NCBI RefSeq assembly: GCF_003918875.1
Contig: NW_025767174.1
Coordinates: 310,001 to 374,000 of the forward strand
Direction: 5' to 3'
Length of the DNA stretch: 64,000 nt
From: Haliotis rubra
Taxonomy: Eukaryota
The notes under the pieces were generated by a model that did no database searches, was not told the DNA's origin, and saw nothing but the letters and a program-made list of their open reading frames with translations. Shown one piece after another: positions 50,501 to 64,000 of the stretch. The first letter of the stretch is position 1, and each line of letters opens with the position of its first letter. Made by a program: the position numbers and the translations under genes.

Positions 50501-52025
50501 ACTGTGACAGAATGTGTCCCTTCTGTAGAAACTATGCACCCAGCATTATGACAAAGTGTTGACCTTTAGAATTTATTGTGATAGTAATCATTCATTTCTA
50601 ACACACTCAAAAGGATTTGAACTGAATGCATCTGCTGCACTTTTTATTAATATTGAAAACTATTGATACATCAATCAAAAATGAAATATGATATGTCACA
50701 AAGCATGAACTCATTGAATGAATTAGTTGACATGATATACGTGTATAAAATACTTACCTCATACACAAACAAACACAGTTTCAATCGATATGTTTTATTT
50801 CATTCGTGCTGAGTTTTGATTCGAAGAAGAAATGAACGAAACAAAAGAGGAAAAGGAGCAAAAATGATTACTCATCCACCGTGTGTAACCTTTGATTTAT
50901 TCGCGGTCTTAGTAGTCAGTCAGTTTATTATTTATGTTACACTATCTATAATATTACACTACATCACCTACATAGCCGTTCATTAAATTCATTGTATCAC
51001 TTTTGTACACCAAGTCGACGCATTCAGCTAGTGTTAGGATATCTACCCAATCCCATAAGCCATGATGTCAATGACGAAAGGTTTCGAAGTCTTCTGGGCG
51101 GAATATTCGAACTGACGAATTATTAAATATTCATATTCAATTTTGAAATAAATTCAACGTAAATACGACGACCCCAGTGGAAGTATTATCATACGCTTCG
51201 TTGGTTCTAGTGCACTGAGACGAACTGGCTCAAAATCCCCGTAGTATTGAGTCGGTAGGCTTAGGAAATGAAACTAAACAGTCTGAAAAAGGACGGGTCA
51301 GAAAAATAGAACAAATATATAGAAAACAGAGAAATAAAACAACAGAAAAGAAACACAACTGAACTGAAATACCTGAAGAGTTTCTCTGATACATGTCAAC
51401 AATGCTAAACGAAGAAACCCATAGAAAAACAGGAGGAAAGGAAGACAGACATGTAGACGTGATGCGACTGTCAGGTGACAATCTGCAAAGATGGCAGGCG
51501 TTGCTAGGCGACTATTACTATAAAAAGTAGCCCGGATGATATCACATCGTATTTTTCTGTTATTATTGAAATACAGAAACAATACTAGGGTCTTATTTAT
51601 CTTAATTAGTTTATTTGTGCAAAATTTATGCAATATTTTCAAGACATTTACGAAATTTTGTGTTCTCTCGTGACACCGTGACTAAAATGCCAAGCGCTAC
51701 CATGACGTCATGTGTTTGTGACGTCATCGAATTCTCACCTCGGGTCCATTCGGCTTGTTCCGTTTTCACATGCCCTACCATAAGAAATCGTAAAGCCTAA
51801 AAGTAAAACACCTACGTTTTCAATGGAAACTGCAATAAACTGATTGCATGCGCGCTCGGATTTTACTGTGCGTGATGTACTGTGTTTGAGCCCATTGGAA
51901 ATGTGGCGGGTGTCATCATTACGATTCATGTTTTGTAACATTAGCGTGGCTATTTCTATTTAAAAATGTTTGGACATATTCCAGTTTAGTTGCTCTCTGC
52001 TGGTTTTCCACGGTTGACCTGAAAA

Positions 52026-52218
52026 GTGAGTCAGTGAGTTTGGTTTTACGTCGCTTTTTGCAATATTCCAGCAATATCACGGCGGGGGATACCAGAAATC
52101 GGCCTCACAAGGGCCTCATGGAAAGTCCCCGTCACAAGGGCCTCACCCATGTAAAGTCGAACCCGTGTCTCGGCGTAACGAGCGAACGCTTTAATCACTA
52201 GGCTACACCACCTCCCCT
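52026..52218 (-). mobile_element. SINE family A
   Basis: Consensus match. Confidence 0.8.
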
Positions 52219-52399
52219 GATCTGAAAAGTACACAGTGTACTCAAACTGTGTGTTTTACTAACTTCAATCACTCCATGAAGAGTGGTACTTTGTATCTGA
52301 GTAAAACAGCTTTAAATTATTGATATTTATTGAATTGTGAAGGTGGGAACATTTGTGACTCAAGTCACATTGCATGGTATGCAAACTATTCAGTTTCGT

Positions 52400-53299
52400 T
52401 ATACAGCTGAGCTCACACGTGAGCAGATGGAAGTAAATGTCCCTCGAGAATATCTGTGTACCGATCACTGTTCATATTCCCTTCAAATACACAGAGGGGC
52501 GTTGCCCCTAACACAGATATGCCACCCCACACGTTAAATTTCGGAATGTACTTTGGGCGCTGATACAAAGGTTTTTCAGTTTGTTTGGTCCAGAATTTCA
52601 GTGTATTAGCAAACATCAACACAGAACTTTCATCTGAGAAAATCCCATTGTCCCAGTTAAAATTTCTATGCTGTAAGCACCAGTTGAACCTTCGCTCCTT
52701 TTTGTTCAGGTTTCATGATCAGTGATGGAATTCCTCGACTTTTCTGCCAACCCATTGCATGCAGCTCAGTTCTAATTGTCTCCTTACAGACAGCCACAGT
52801 TCCTCTATCAATCATATCCAGCCTTAAGTTTTCTAAACTCCTTCGTTTGTTTTTAGAAACAAGAATACCTGTCACCGACAGTCAATTTTCTGGGCCTACC
52901 TGCGCCTCCCTAGTGCTCAATGCATTGAGCACCAGGGAGGCGCAGGTAGACCCAGAAAATTGCCATATCCATTTGCAATATTTTTCAAAACACAATAAAC
53001 GGTGGACAAAGGGATGCCTGTTCTACTTGAAATCACTTTAGCTGATCTGATGTCCTTGTTATAATACTCTAAAATCAACTTCCTCTTCTCTAAATCATCC
53101 ATAAGTTGAGGATCACTGAAAATGTCGTCTGCTAGCAAGTAAACAAAGGGGATAACTCTTCACAAACTAATGAAAAAGGATTAACGGAGTTGTCTCTCTT
53201 GAATGAAACCAAGCACTTGATAGCTGGTCAAGGTTGTTTATACTAGAAATCCAATTAAACATATTCCTAAAATTCTCAATAATTTCTGGTCATACTATA
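52400..53299 (-). mobile_element. Degenerate Tc1/mariner transposon (N-terminal HTH plus first catalytic motifs)
   Basis: HTH segment SAKVISSRTGIPLSTVYCVLK, IFSDESS, and FNVWGGISVLGATPLCVFEGNMNSDRYTDILEGHLLP. TA-terminated end at ~53299. Confidence 0.85.
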
Positions 53300-53989
53300 G
53301 CTAGGTGGCCTCGTGGTCTGAGGTGCAGCTTAACCATGCCAGGTGCTTCTGATCGATGGTTCAATTCCCGTTTTCGCCCAGGGTTTGTCTGCGCCATACC
53401 CGGACTCACATCGCTTGTGGTTCTCATTGCGTGTTTAGGTGTTATGACTGACGGACTGTTGAACCTCGTTAAACCAAACTCAATCAGTCTTGGGAAACAA
53501 CTGGAAGCGAGATCTAAACTGCAGCACCTATTCTTGAAAGGTGGGCGGTGGGGTAGCCTAGTGGTTAAAGCGTTCGCTCGTCACGCCGAAGACTAAGATT
53601 CACCATAAGGGAACAATGTGTGAAGCCCATTCCCGGTGTCCCCGACGTGATATTGCTGTGATATTGCTAAAAGCGACGTAAAACTAAACCCACTCGTGAA
53701 CTCACTCTTGAAAGGTTGTGTTTCTACTGTATACAACATTGTTCCCCTAAACTCACTCACTCACATTGACAACAACATGTGCTGAATGTGGGTTCGATTC
53801 CAAGTTAGGATGAATAAAACCATTGTTTTGTCAGCACCAAATTTGTTATTTTGCGTATCACCAAGGTATTAAAGTTTCAAGCATGGTTTCCTTTTTTCTC
53901 ATTTCACATGAAGCTGACGCGTTGTGACACCACTGGTAAAGTTCAGTATTGCATTTTTAGCAAAAAGTTAAAGATCCGTCCGGTTAAAC

Positions 53990-54040
53990 ATCCGGTTCAG
54001 ATTCTCGCGACCTCCCGATATTACTTCCGGTTTATTTGGA
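53990..54040 (+). promoter_or_regulatory. Putative EAF proximal promoter (ETS-type ACTTCCGGT, TCTCGCGA-like motif)
   Basis: Motifs lie 50-80 bp upstream of the ATG; motif match only. Confidence 0.3.
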
Positions 54041-54078
54041 AAATAATGGATTCTGACTGGTGAAAATAAGTTTTCGAC

Positions 54079-57000
54079 ATGAGTGACAGAAATATGCCAA
54101 TAGACAACAGTGTTCACGAACTGAAGTTAGGCAGGAGTTTTGATCCTTCCACCCGGGCAGCTTTTCATTCAATACGCTGTGAGTCCTAACAGAATGTACA
54201 GATTACACCGCCAAATATGGTGGACGAAACAACGATTTTTCGAATCACTGCCACAAATCCCATCCTATATCTCCGCCTGCAAACCTAAATGGCTAAAACT
54301 CATGTATGAGTGAAGAGATAATGATTTGTTTGACTAACAGATAGCTGATGAGTTATGGAATCATAACACAAATATATATCTTTATATCTTTCTGCCCCCT
54401 TACATTGCAATTTATGTCTGCAACAGGATGGGAGGAAAGTGTTTACAAGGACCGCGGATTCAGATTTTACATATTCTGTGTTTATTTGGCTCATCTTGGG
54501 TTGGGTCACGTAAAACATACAAAACTATTATCAGTAATTACCCCATCAGGATAAAAACAGTCACCATGTTGGTTCTGTATGATCATGATGATGACATTCA
54601 CCCTGTTCACCCATAATTCAATCTTTTTACAGAATTCACAGCAATGTGTTTTGTCAGTGAAAGATCCTCACACCTCTAGTGATTTATCTAGAACTAATCA
54701 AATGCCGATATTTGACCACAAATATGGTGGATAACAATAAGCCTCAGTCCTATAAAATTCAGAATAGATTTGAAACCCTCTAACCTGTTATCATGCATTA
54801 CACAATGGCTGGTGACAGATATTATCAGACAATGAGAAAATATTATATATTTCTCAATTCTATATGTTATTCTCAGCCATGTTGGTTGAGTGAAGGACAC
54901 CAGGTGAACTATGAATGTTGATGTTGCAGATGACTTCAAACCAGCATCAGTAGACACAGCACGAGAGGCAGTTTTTGAAGTTGGCGAAGGACACCAGGTG
55001 TCTGTTACAGTTCCACCGCGTTACAGGTGAGACACTGGCTGAAACATCTAAAAGATTTGAATCCCAAATTTACCCTGATTGTTTCTAGGTTTGTCTGAAC
55101 CACATCAATATTTTGTGATTTCACCTGCTTCAGGCTTTTCTCCCACACGAAACTGTCATATAACTGGAATACTGTTCAAAGCAACACTGGGCGGTGCGGT
55201 AGCCTAGTGGTTAAAGCGTTCACTCATCACAACGAAGACCCAGGTTCATTTCACCACATGGGTAGAATATGTGAAGCCCATTTCTGGTGTCCCCCTCCAT
55301 GATATTACTGGAATATTGCTACAAGCTGGGTAAAACTAAACTCACTCACTCACTCAAAGCAGCACTGAACCAAATTCACTTCCATACTCACTAGGAAGGA
55401 TAACAATGTACGGATGAACAACTTTATCACAGTGGTGTATCAATATGGAATGAAGTCAGTTGTTAAGTTTATATAGTAATTAATTAATAGTATGGTAATT
55501 CTTGCAACATTCAGGTTAGTCATAGTGCCTTTCAGCTGAAATAGCTTTTATCCAATGCTTATCCAATGTCACATGCAAAGTACCCATTGTGCCTTTTATC
55601 ATCTAAGTATAAACAAAATTATAAGCGTGCAATCGCGAAATCAAAGTGCAATATTGTGTTCTTCGGTTTACTTCCCAAGAAAGCGAAGCAGCGGGATACC
55701 GACCCAGTCAGGCGGTGGGTGTGCACTCAAGTGTAACGGCTGGTTCATTTTGCAGATGCCCTCCGCGGCTTATTGTGTTATTATGTATGTAGAGATGTTG
55801 GGTTTTGTAAATACATGCTCATTTTTTGTGTATAACATTTTGCAATCAACAGACATCAAAACATGTCATGTGTTCAACTATCACACCTGCCTGTCTGTGT
55901 AATTACATAATGTAATCAATGCATTTTGTTTATGGTGTATAGCCTGATTGGTGTTAAGTTCAAATTTGCATGTGCTCAGTGACAGCAGCTGTGTATTGAA
56001 TATTGTCATTAGCAGACAGGCAGGCAGACACACAGGTGTCAATAAAACAAGACATTGAGTTTTGTCTGTGAACAGCGACATTTCTATATCACAGTTAGAA
56101 ATTCTGTCAGCAGCTAAATAATGACATTGCTTTTATGTATCGAACTGAGAAAGTGACTTCGGTAAGAAAGAGCGTGTGGTGAAATTATATAAACAGTTAA
56201 TTTACTGTCATAACATATAAAAAGCTTCGGCCTGTGAGATATCAACACAACATTAGAAAAATAAGCTCACACCAAAGCCTTCACTGAGTATTCACGGACA
56301 ACCCACTTCAAGCTGCGCGAACCCTATTTCACTCTTGGATGATGCTATGAGCCAGCCTGGCTGTTGAAACCCATTTTTCCCCAGAAAGTCTGGGGAAAAT
56401 TAGTGAAAGCGTTGAACTCTGATTTCGGCGCTGTTTTCATCGGCGTTATTTTTCCAACTTTATAAGTTGAATTTGCATTTTTTGATGATTTGTTTGGTGA
56501 AGTCCATACCAAAGGTAGCCGGAATCTGCAAAGTTGTGTTTTCACGTTGCATGTGACCTTTAATCATATCAATTTTGTGTTACAGGAATTCAGGAACAAG
56601 CCATACAGTGTACCAAGGGCAACAAGAAGCCATGTCAAAGGAGTGTGTGTTGATCGTATCGACCATGACACTGGAACATTTACACTGGAGAAACTCACAA
56701 ACACAATACAGCTGAAGAAAACCAGGTGTGCAGGACCTACTCAGCTTCATGCACATCAAACCCGTGAAGATCTGGGTTAAAATTGATCTTCAGTAACCCA
56801 TGCTAGAGGCAACTAACAGGATTGGGTGGTCATACTCGTTGACTTGGTTAACACACGTCGTTGTATCCCAATTGCGTAAATCGATATGTGTGATGTTGAT
56901 CAATGATGGCTACACATGTCATGCTTGCATATTACAATTTACATATACAATTACCTGTTTCAGAATTGAAGGGTCAAGCCGCGCACAACAGCGACCTTTG

Positions 57001-57124
57001 ACCCCTGTTGAAGTTGCTAAGCAACGACCTACATCACCTTCAAGACCCAAGACCAACCAAAGAAGTCCCTCATCTGTAAAAGGTTTCTCGCCAGTATCCA
57101 ACAGTCAGCAAGACATGGATATAG
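54079..57124 (+). pseudogene. EAF: EAF copy 1, exons 54079-54178, 54930-55026, 56586-56725, 56964-57124; truncated, exons 2-3 frameshifted
   Basis: [43 protein letters not shown].. is the EAF N-terminal domain. It has indels relative to copy 2, and the duplication ends in intron 4. Confidence 0.8.
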
Positions 57125-58855
57125 GTACAGACTCGCTCTAAATATACATATATTTCTTATCCTGACTCATGCTAAATGCTTGTCTCCTTCTTCTTACGCG
57201 AATGATAGTGGAACACTTGAAATCCTTGAAGTTCCCTTCTAAAAAGCGGGCGTGATAAAATCATCACTCTCCCTTGCCTCCTTGGCCTCTTTGGTTACAT
57301 TACCAGCTATGTATGTCTCTCTCCTTCTTCGCCCTTGAGGAGGGCCGGTTGTGAGAACACCTAACGTCCCTTTACAGCACATATCCTTTTCTATTTTGGA
57401 CCTTTTACATATAAATGGCAGCTGTATATCGCTTTTGATTGTATATTATCAAAATGTTTTGATATTATGTCTAATTTATACGTTGTTTATGCCATGTTTT
57501 CATCTGGTTTACAATTGATGAAAACTTGTAGTTGTAGGTACTGCTGTCTGTGGCTGACCCTCAAGATATATTATGTCCCTGATTGCACTACTACATGTTC
57601 TTCCAGCTCTAAAAGTAAACATTGTCAGAAACTAACTACTTTTGAATTTAATAATTACCTTTTTCTCTTCATAGACGTGCAAGGACTGGGTAAGAAGGTA
57701 ATCACAAGTCATGTCTGGTAAATCGAAAGATTGGCGCTGATCATCGATCGGTGTTAACTACTGCTCGCGGAGGTTCATAATTCCAGTGAATTGACGAAGC
57801 GTTCCACGAGGGCGAGTCGCTGTTCCAGTGATGAACTCTGTCTCCATTAAAGTAGAGATGCGTCGCCAACGGAGCTATCCTCATTGCAGACGAAGAAGAC
57901 GCAGATCTTCTTCAGCGCAGAAGAAGAAGTTCAGCTCTAAGACTTCGCCGGGTTCTTCACAGCTCTATACGCGAGAAGACGAGATCCTTCACTCGCCGAT
58001 ATTGTACCTCCAGAAGAAAGCAGACGCAAGTATGATGAGTCCCCATCATCATACCTGAAGTCACAGTCGTCAGCAGGAAGACGGCTTCCGCTTCAACAGC
58101 TACATCGGGCAACTATATCAGCGCAGATATTGACAGAAGACTCTATCAACGCAGATATACCGGTACCAGAGATAGCAGCAGCGCCAACTTCGGGCTTCAC
58201 AGCGCAGCCGCATCGCTTAGAAGACGCTAACGTTTTCAGGTATCATCATCAGTCTTGGGAAACAACTGGAAGCGAGATCTAAACTGCAGCACCTATTCTT
58301 GAAAGGTGGGCGAGTGAGGGTGGCCTAGTGGTTAAAGCGTTCCTGCTCGTCACGCCGAAGACTAAGATCTCACCATAAGGGGAACAATGTGTGAAGCCCA
58401 TTCCCGGTGTCCCCTGACGTGATATTGCTGTGGATATTGCTAAAAAGCGACGTAAAAAGCTAAACCCACTCGCGAGCTCACTCTTAGAAAGGTTGTGTTT
58501 CTACTGTATACAACATTGTTCCCCTAAACTCACTCCATTACGACAACAACATGTGCTGAATGTGGGTTCGATTCCAAGCGATTAGGATGAATAAAACCAT
58601 TGTTTTGTCAGCACCAAATTTGTTATTTTGCGTATCACCAAGGTATTAAAGTTTCAAGCATGGTTTCCTTTTTTCTCATTTCACAGCCGAAGCTGACGCG
58701 TTGTGACACCACTGGTAAAGTTCAGTATTGCATTTTAGCAAAGTTAAAGATCCGTCCGGTTAAACATCCGGTTCAGATTCTCGCGACCTCCCGATATTAC
58801 TTCCGGTTTATTTGGAAAATAATGGATTCTGACTGGGTGAAAATAAGTTTTCGAC

Positions 58856-58956
58856 ATGAGTGACAGAAATATGCCAATAGACAACAGTGTTCACGAACTG
58901 AAGTTAGGCAGGAGTTTTGATCCTTCCACCCGGGCAGCTTTTTCATTCAATACGCT
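58856..58956 (+). CDS. EAF: ELL-associated factor exon 1 (copy 2; extra T at ~58940)
   Basis: [15 protein letters not shown]; gtgagt donor. Confidence 0.88.
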
Positions 58957-59713
58957 GTGAGTCCTAACAGAATGTACAGATTACACCGCCAAATATGGTG
59001 GACGAAACAACGATTTTTCGAATCGCTGCCACAAATCCATCCTATATCTCCGCCTGCAAACCTAAATGGCTAAAACTCATGTATGAGTGAAGAGATAATG
59101 ATTTGTTTGACTAACAGATAGCTGATGAGTTATGGAATCATAACACAAATATATATCTTTATATCTTTCTGCCCCTTACATTGCAATTTATGTCTGCAAC
59201 AGGATGGGAGGAAAGTGTTTTACAAGGACCGCGGATTCAGATTTTTACATATTCTGTGTTTATTTGGCTCATCTTGGGTTGGGTCACGTAAAACATACAA
59301 AACTATTATCAGTAATTACCCCATCGGGATAAAAACAGTCACCATGTTGGTTCTGTATGGCCATGATCATGATGATGACATTCACCCTGTTCACCCATAA
59401 TTCAATCTTTTTACAGAATTCACAGCAATGTGTTTTGTCAGTGAAAGATCCTCACACCTCTAGTGATTTATCTAGAACTAATCAAATGCCGATATTTGAC
59501 CACAAATATGGTGGATAACATTAAGCCTCAGTCCTATAAAATTCAGAATAGATTTGAAACCCTCTAACCTGTTATCATGCATTACACAATGGCTGGTGAC
59601 AGATATTATCAGACAATGAGAAAATATTATATATTTCTCAATTCTATATGTTATTCTCAGCCATGTTGGTTGAGTGAAGGACACCAGGTGAACTATGAAT
59701 GTTGATGTTGCAG

Positions 59714-59808
59714 ATGACTTCAAACCAGCATCAGTAGACACAGCACGAGAGGCAGTTTTTGAAGTTGGCGAAGGACACCAGGTGTCTGTTACAGTTCCAC
59801 ACGTACAG
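59714..59808 (+). CDS. EAF: ELL-associated factor exon 2
   Basis: [32 protein letters not shown]. Confidence 0.92.
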
Positions 59809-61449
59809 GTGAGACACTGGCTAGAAACATCTAAAAGATTTGAATCCCAAATTTACCCTGATTGTTTCTAGGTTTGTCTGAACCACATCAGTAATTTGTG
59901 ATTTCACCTGCATTGCTTTAGGCTTTTCTCCCACACCAAACTGTCATATAACTGGAATACTGTTCAAAGCAACACTGGGCGGTGGGGTAGCCTAGTGGTT
60001 AAAGCGTTCGCTCATCACGCCAAAGACCCAGGTTCATTTCACCACATGGGTACAATATGTGAAGCCCATTTCTGGTGTCCCCCGCCATGATATTACTGGA
60101 ATATTGCTACAAGCTGGGTAAAACTAAACTCACTCACTCACTCAAAGCAGCACTGAACCAAATTCACTTCCATACTCACTAGGAAGGATAACAATTTACG
60201 GATGAACAACTTTATCACAGTGGTGTATCAATATGGAATGAAGTCAGTTGGTAAGTTTTTATAGTAATTAATTAATAGTATGGTAATTCTTGCAACATTC
60301 AGGTTAGTCATAGTGCCTTTCAGCTGAATAGCTCGCTTATCCAATGTGAAAGTACCCATTGTGCCTTTTTATCATCTAAGTTAAAGGTCACATGCAACCA
60401 AAAAATCAAACATAATTAAAACACAATTATCACTTATTCATGACATATAATATACATTGCTGGTTATGAAAAAACATATAAACAAAATTATAAGCGTACA
60501 ATCGCAAATCAAAAGTGCAATATTGTGTTCTTCGGTTTACTTCCCAAGAAACGAAGCAGCCGGGATACCGAACCCAGTCAGAGCGGGTGGGTGTGCACTC
60601 AAGTGTAACGGCTGGTTCATTTGCAGATGCCCTCACGGCTTATTGTGTGTGTGTGTATGTAGAGATGTTGGGTTTTGTAAATACATGCTCATTTTTTGTG
60701 TATAACATTTTGCAATCAACAGACATCAAAACATGTCATGTGTTCAACTATCACACCTGCCTGTCTGTGTAATTACATAATGTAATCAATGCATTTTGTT
60801 TATGGTGTATAGCCTGATTGGTGTTAAGTTCAAATTGCATGTGCTCAGTGACAGCAGCTGTGTATTGAATATTGTCATTAGCAGACAGGCAGGCAGACAC
60901 ACAGGTGTCAATAAAACAAGACATTGAGTTTTGTCTGTGACAACGACATTTCTATATCACAGTTAGAAATTGTGTCAACGCTAAATAATGACATTGCTTT
61001 TATGTATCGAACTGAGAAAGTGACTCGGTAAGAAGAACGTGTGGTGAAATTATATAAACAGTTAATTTACTGTCATAACATATAAAAGCTCATACCTGTG
61101 AGATATCAACACAACATTAGAAAAATAGCTCACACCAAAGCCTTCACTGAGTATTCACCGGACAACCCTACTTCCAAGCTCTTGCGAACCTATTTCACTC
61201 TTGGACGTGCTATGAGCCAGCCCAGCTGTTGAAACCCATTTTCCCCAGAAAAGTCTGGGGAAAATTAGTGAAAACGTTTGAACTCTGATTTCGCGCTGTT
61301 TTTTTCATCGCGTTATTTTTCAACTTTATAAGTTGAATTTGCATTTTTGATGATTTGTTTCGGTAAGTCCATACCAAAAGGTATCGGAATCTGCAAAGTT
61401 GTGTTTTACGTTGCATGTGACCTTTAATCATATCAATTTTGTGTTACAG

Positions 61450-61586
61450 AATTCAGGAACAAGCCATACAGTGTACAAGGGCAACAAGAAGCCATGTCCA
61501 AAGGAGTGTGTGTTGATCATCGACCATGACACTGGAACATTTACACTGGAGAAACTCACAAACACAATACAGCTGAAGAAAACCAG
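61450..61586 (+). CDS. EAF: ELL-associated factor exon 3
   Basis: TVYKGNKKPCPKECVLIIDHDTGTFTLEKLTNTIQLKKTR. Confidence 0.92.
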
Positions 61587-61825
61587 GTGTGCAGGACACT
61601 ACTCAGCTTCATGCACATCAAACCCGTGAAGATCTGGGTTAAAATTGATCTTCAGTAACCCATGCTAGAGGCAACTAACAGGATTGGGTGGTCATACTCG
61701 TTGACTTGGTTAACACACGTCGTTGTATCCCAATTGCGTAAATCGATATGTGTGATGTTGATCAATGATGGCTACACATGTCATGCTTGCATATTACAAT
61801 TTACATATACAATTACCTGTTTCAG

Positions 61826-61986
61826 AATTGAAGGGTCAAGCCGCGCACAACAGCGACCTTTGACCCCTGTTGAAGTTGCTAAGCAACGACCTACATCACC
61901 TTCAAGACCCAAGACCAACCAAAGAAGTCCCTCATCTGTAAAAGGTTTCTCGCCAGTATCCAACAGTCAGCAAGACATGGATATAG
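61826..61986 (+). CDS. EAF: ELL-associated factor exon 4 (gene continues beyond window)
   Basis: IEGSSRAQQRPLTP..DMDI; phase-compatible ag/gt. Confidence 0.85.
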
Positions 61987-62004
61987 GTACAGACTCGCTC
62001 TAAA

Positions 62005-64000
62005 TATACATATATTTCTTATCCTGACTCATGCTAAATGCTTGTCTCCTTCTTCTTGCGAATGATAGTGGAACACTTGAAATCCCTTGAAGTTCCCTTC
62101 TAAAAAGCGGACGTAAAATCATCACTCTCCCTTGCCTCCCTTGGCGCCCTCTTTGGTTACATTACCAGCTATGTTGTCACTCTCTCCTTCTTCGCCCTTG
62201 AGGACGGTTGTGAGAGCACCTGCGTCCCTTTACAGCACATATCCTTTTCTATTTTGGACCTTTTACATATAAATGGCAGCTGTATACGCTTTTTGGATTG
62301 TATATTATCAAATGTTTTGATATTATGTCTAATTTATACGTTGTTTGCCATGTTTTTCATCTGGTTTACAATTGATGAAAACTTGTATTCGTTGTAGGTA
62401 CCGGCTGTCTGTGGCTGACCCGCATATATTATGTCCTGATTGCACTACTACATGTTCTTCCAGCTCTCGCTGTAAACATTGTCAGAAACTAACTACTTTT
62501 GAATTTAATAATTACCTTTTTTCTCTTCATAGACGTGCAAAGGACTGGGTAAGAAGGTAATCACAAGTCATGTCTGGTAAATCGAGTGATTGCGCTGATC
62601 ATCGTGTGTTAACTACTGCTGCGGAGGTTCATAATTCCAGTGAATTGACGAGCGTTTACGAGGGCAGGTCGCTGTTCCAGTGATGAACTCTGTCTCCATT
62701 AAGTAGAGATCGTCGTCAACGGAGCTATCCTCATTGCAGACGAAGAAGACGAGATCTTCTTCAGCGCAGAAGAAGAAGTCTACAGCTCCTAAGACTTCGT
62801 CGAAGTCTCTTCACAGCTCTACGCGAAGGCGAGATCCTTCACTGCCGATATTGTACCTCCAGAAGAAGCAGGCGTGTATGATGATCCCCATCATCATACC
62901 TGAAGTCTGATGTCGTCAGCAGGAAGGCGAAGCCTGCTTCAACAGCTACATCGGCAACTATATCAGCGCAGATATTGACAGAAGACCTTCTATCAACGCA
63001 GACATCGGGTACCAGAGATAGCAGCAGCGTCAACTCTTCACAAGTGCAGCGTACGTTAGAAGACGCCTCAACGTTCTCAGTATCATCATCAGCCCTGCAG
63101 CAGTCTCAACATACGTCGCAGAACTTCAACCTGGGGCTGTTTATGCAACAGTTTACAGATCAGATGATGTCGATGATGGAACGTCGCTTCGCGCAGGAGG
63201 AATCTGCTACGAAGACCACTACGATGACTACAAGCCTGCTCGAAGGTTCAGCAGCCTCTCCAACGCACCTGGATGAAGAGGAAAGCCTGCGCGAAGGCAA
63301 ACGCACCTGACGATCTTCAACGACTGAAGCTAGACAACGCTTCCAACGTCAGCTCAGCCTTAGACGTCCCCGAAGGAGCCTCTAAGATTCTCCACACAGA
63401 AGCAGATTGAAGCGTTCTCCAGAACGCTACAGACGCCGCAGATATGGATTGTCATCACCATCGGACTAAGACACATCGGGAACTTGCGCGCAGGCACTCC
63501 ACATCTCACAGAGGGGAGATTATGTCAATCAGCCTTCGTGAAGGCTTAGAGAGATATCTCAAGACTCCAGGAGGAATACACGGTCACACCGGGACCGTTC
63601 ACCTGCACGCAGCTCTACATACAGATCTACATACAGAGACTCACGTCATTATAGGGAAATGTCCAACTTCACCGTCTGAAGTTAGAAGTCTGGAGAACTC
63701 TACTAACGTCAGCTCAGAATAGCAGACCTCTCCAATGAAAATCGCCCTGCGCGAATGAAATATTAGCTATACAAGCTCTCTCCGATGAAGGCCTGCACTT
63801 TCGCGAAGATCTTTACTGTCAGAAGTATCAGCAGTTAGAAGCCTGGAGGATTCAACGAACGCCAGCTTAGCGTTAGCAGTCCACGATGGAGCCTCCACGC
63901 AGTTTCAGCGTCTCAGCAGGAAAGATTCTAACACAGAAGTAGATCCAGTCGTTCTCCAGTATTCTACAGAAACTGCGCAGATGCGGATCTTCCAACTTGG
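62005..64000 (+). mobile_element. Probable retroelement 5' part (DIRS-like ORF1/gag region) in EAF intron 4; partial copy at 57140-58250
   Basis: Abrupt shift to CpG-rich sequence with a frameshifted Ser/Arg-rich coding tract starting at ATG ~62570. No RT or recombinase is inside the window, so the class is inferred. Confidence 0.4.

Larger units (their letters stand above)
53483..63092 (+). repeat. ~4.8-kb tandem duplication (53483-58252 and 58248-63092)
   Basis: Near-identical sequence with many small indels; ATCAG microhomology at all three junction positions. Confidence 0.95.

Noticed and set aside
50758-50762. ATG-AG|gtaagt as first coding exon of the orphan gene
   Set aside because: Phase 2 does not match the open frame of the 46209 exon (it needs phase 1). 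The alternative 46662-46715 exon is phase 0, so the start remains unresolved.

Overview
Eukaryotic, intron-rich animal DNA. It is probably molluscan and abalone-like, but this is inferred only from the SINE families. Most of the supplied ORFs are repeat-derived. Spliced genes reconstructed by hand: (1) a 5-exon secreted EEP-family (endonuclease/exonuclease/phosphatase) gene at 1.4-6.9 kb, with substituted catalytic motifs and a 1-nt frameshift; (2) an intact ORMDL gene at 19.4-21.4 kb; (3) a minus-strand multi-exon gene with no recognisable family at 40.4-46.2 kb, carrying an 11-aa coding repeat and two C-terminal bipartite NLS-like motifs; (4) exons 1-4 of EAF (ELL-associated factor), present twice in a ~4.8 kb tandem duplication whose copies have complementary indels, followed by a probable DIRS-like retroelement. 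Repeats include two Tc1/mariner relics, hAT-type MITEs (8-bp and 5-bp TSDs), a TAG..CTA family with 9-bp TSDs, a Rex1/Babar-like LINE fragment nested in a hAT element, many SINEs (one tRNA+5S hybrid), two Penelope-type foldbacks with a variant hammerhead-like core, a ~290/283-bp satellite with dimeric higher-order structure, and 44-bp and 42-bp minisatellites. No prokaryotic-type system is present. The best novelty candidates are the U3-A8 hammerhead-like motifs, the putative EEP pseudo-enzyme and the orphan gene.
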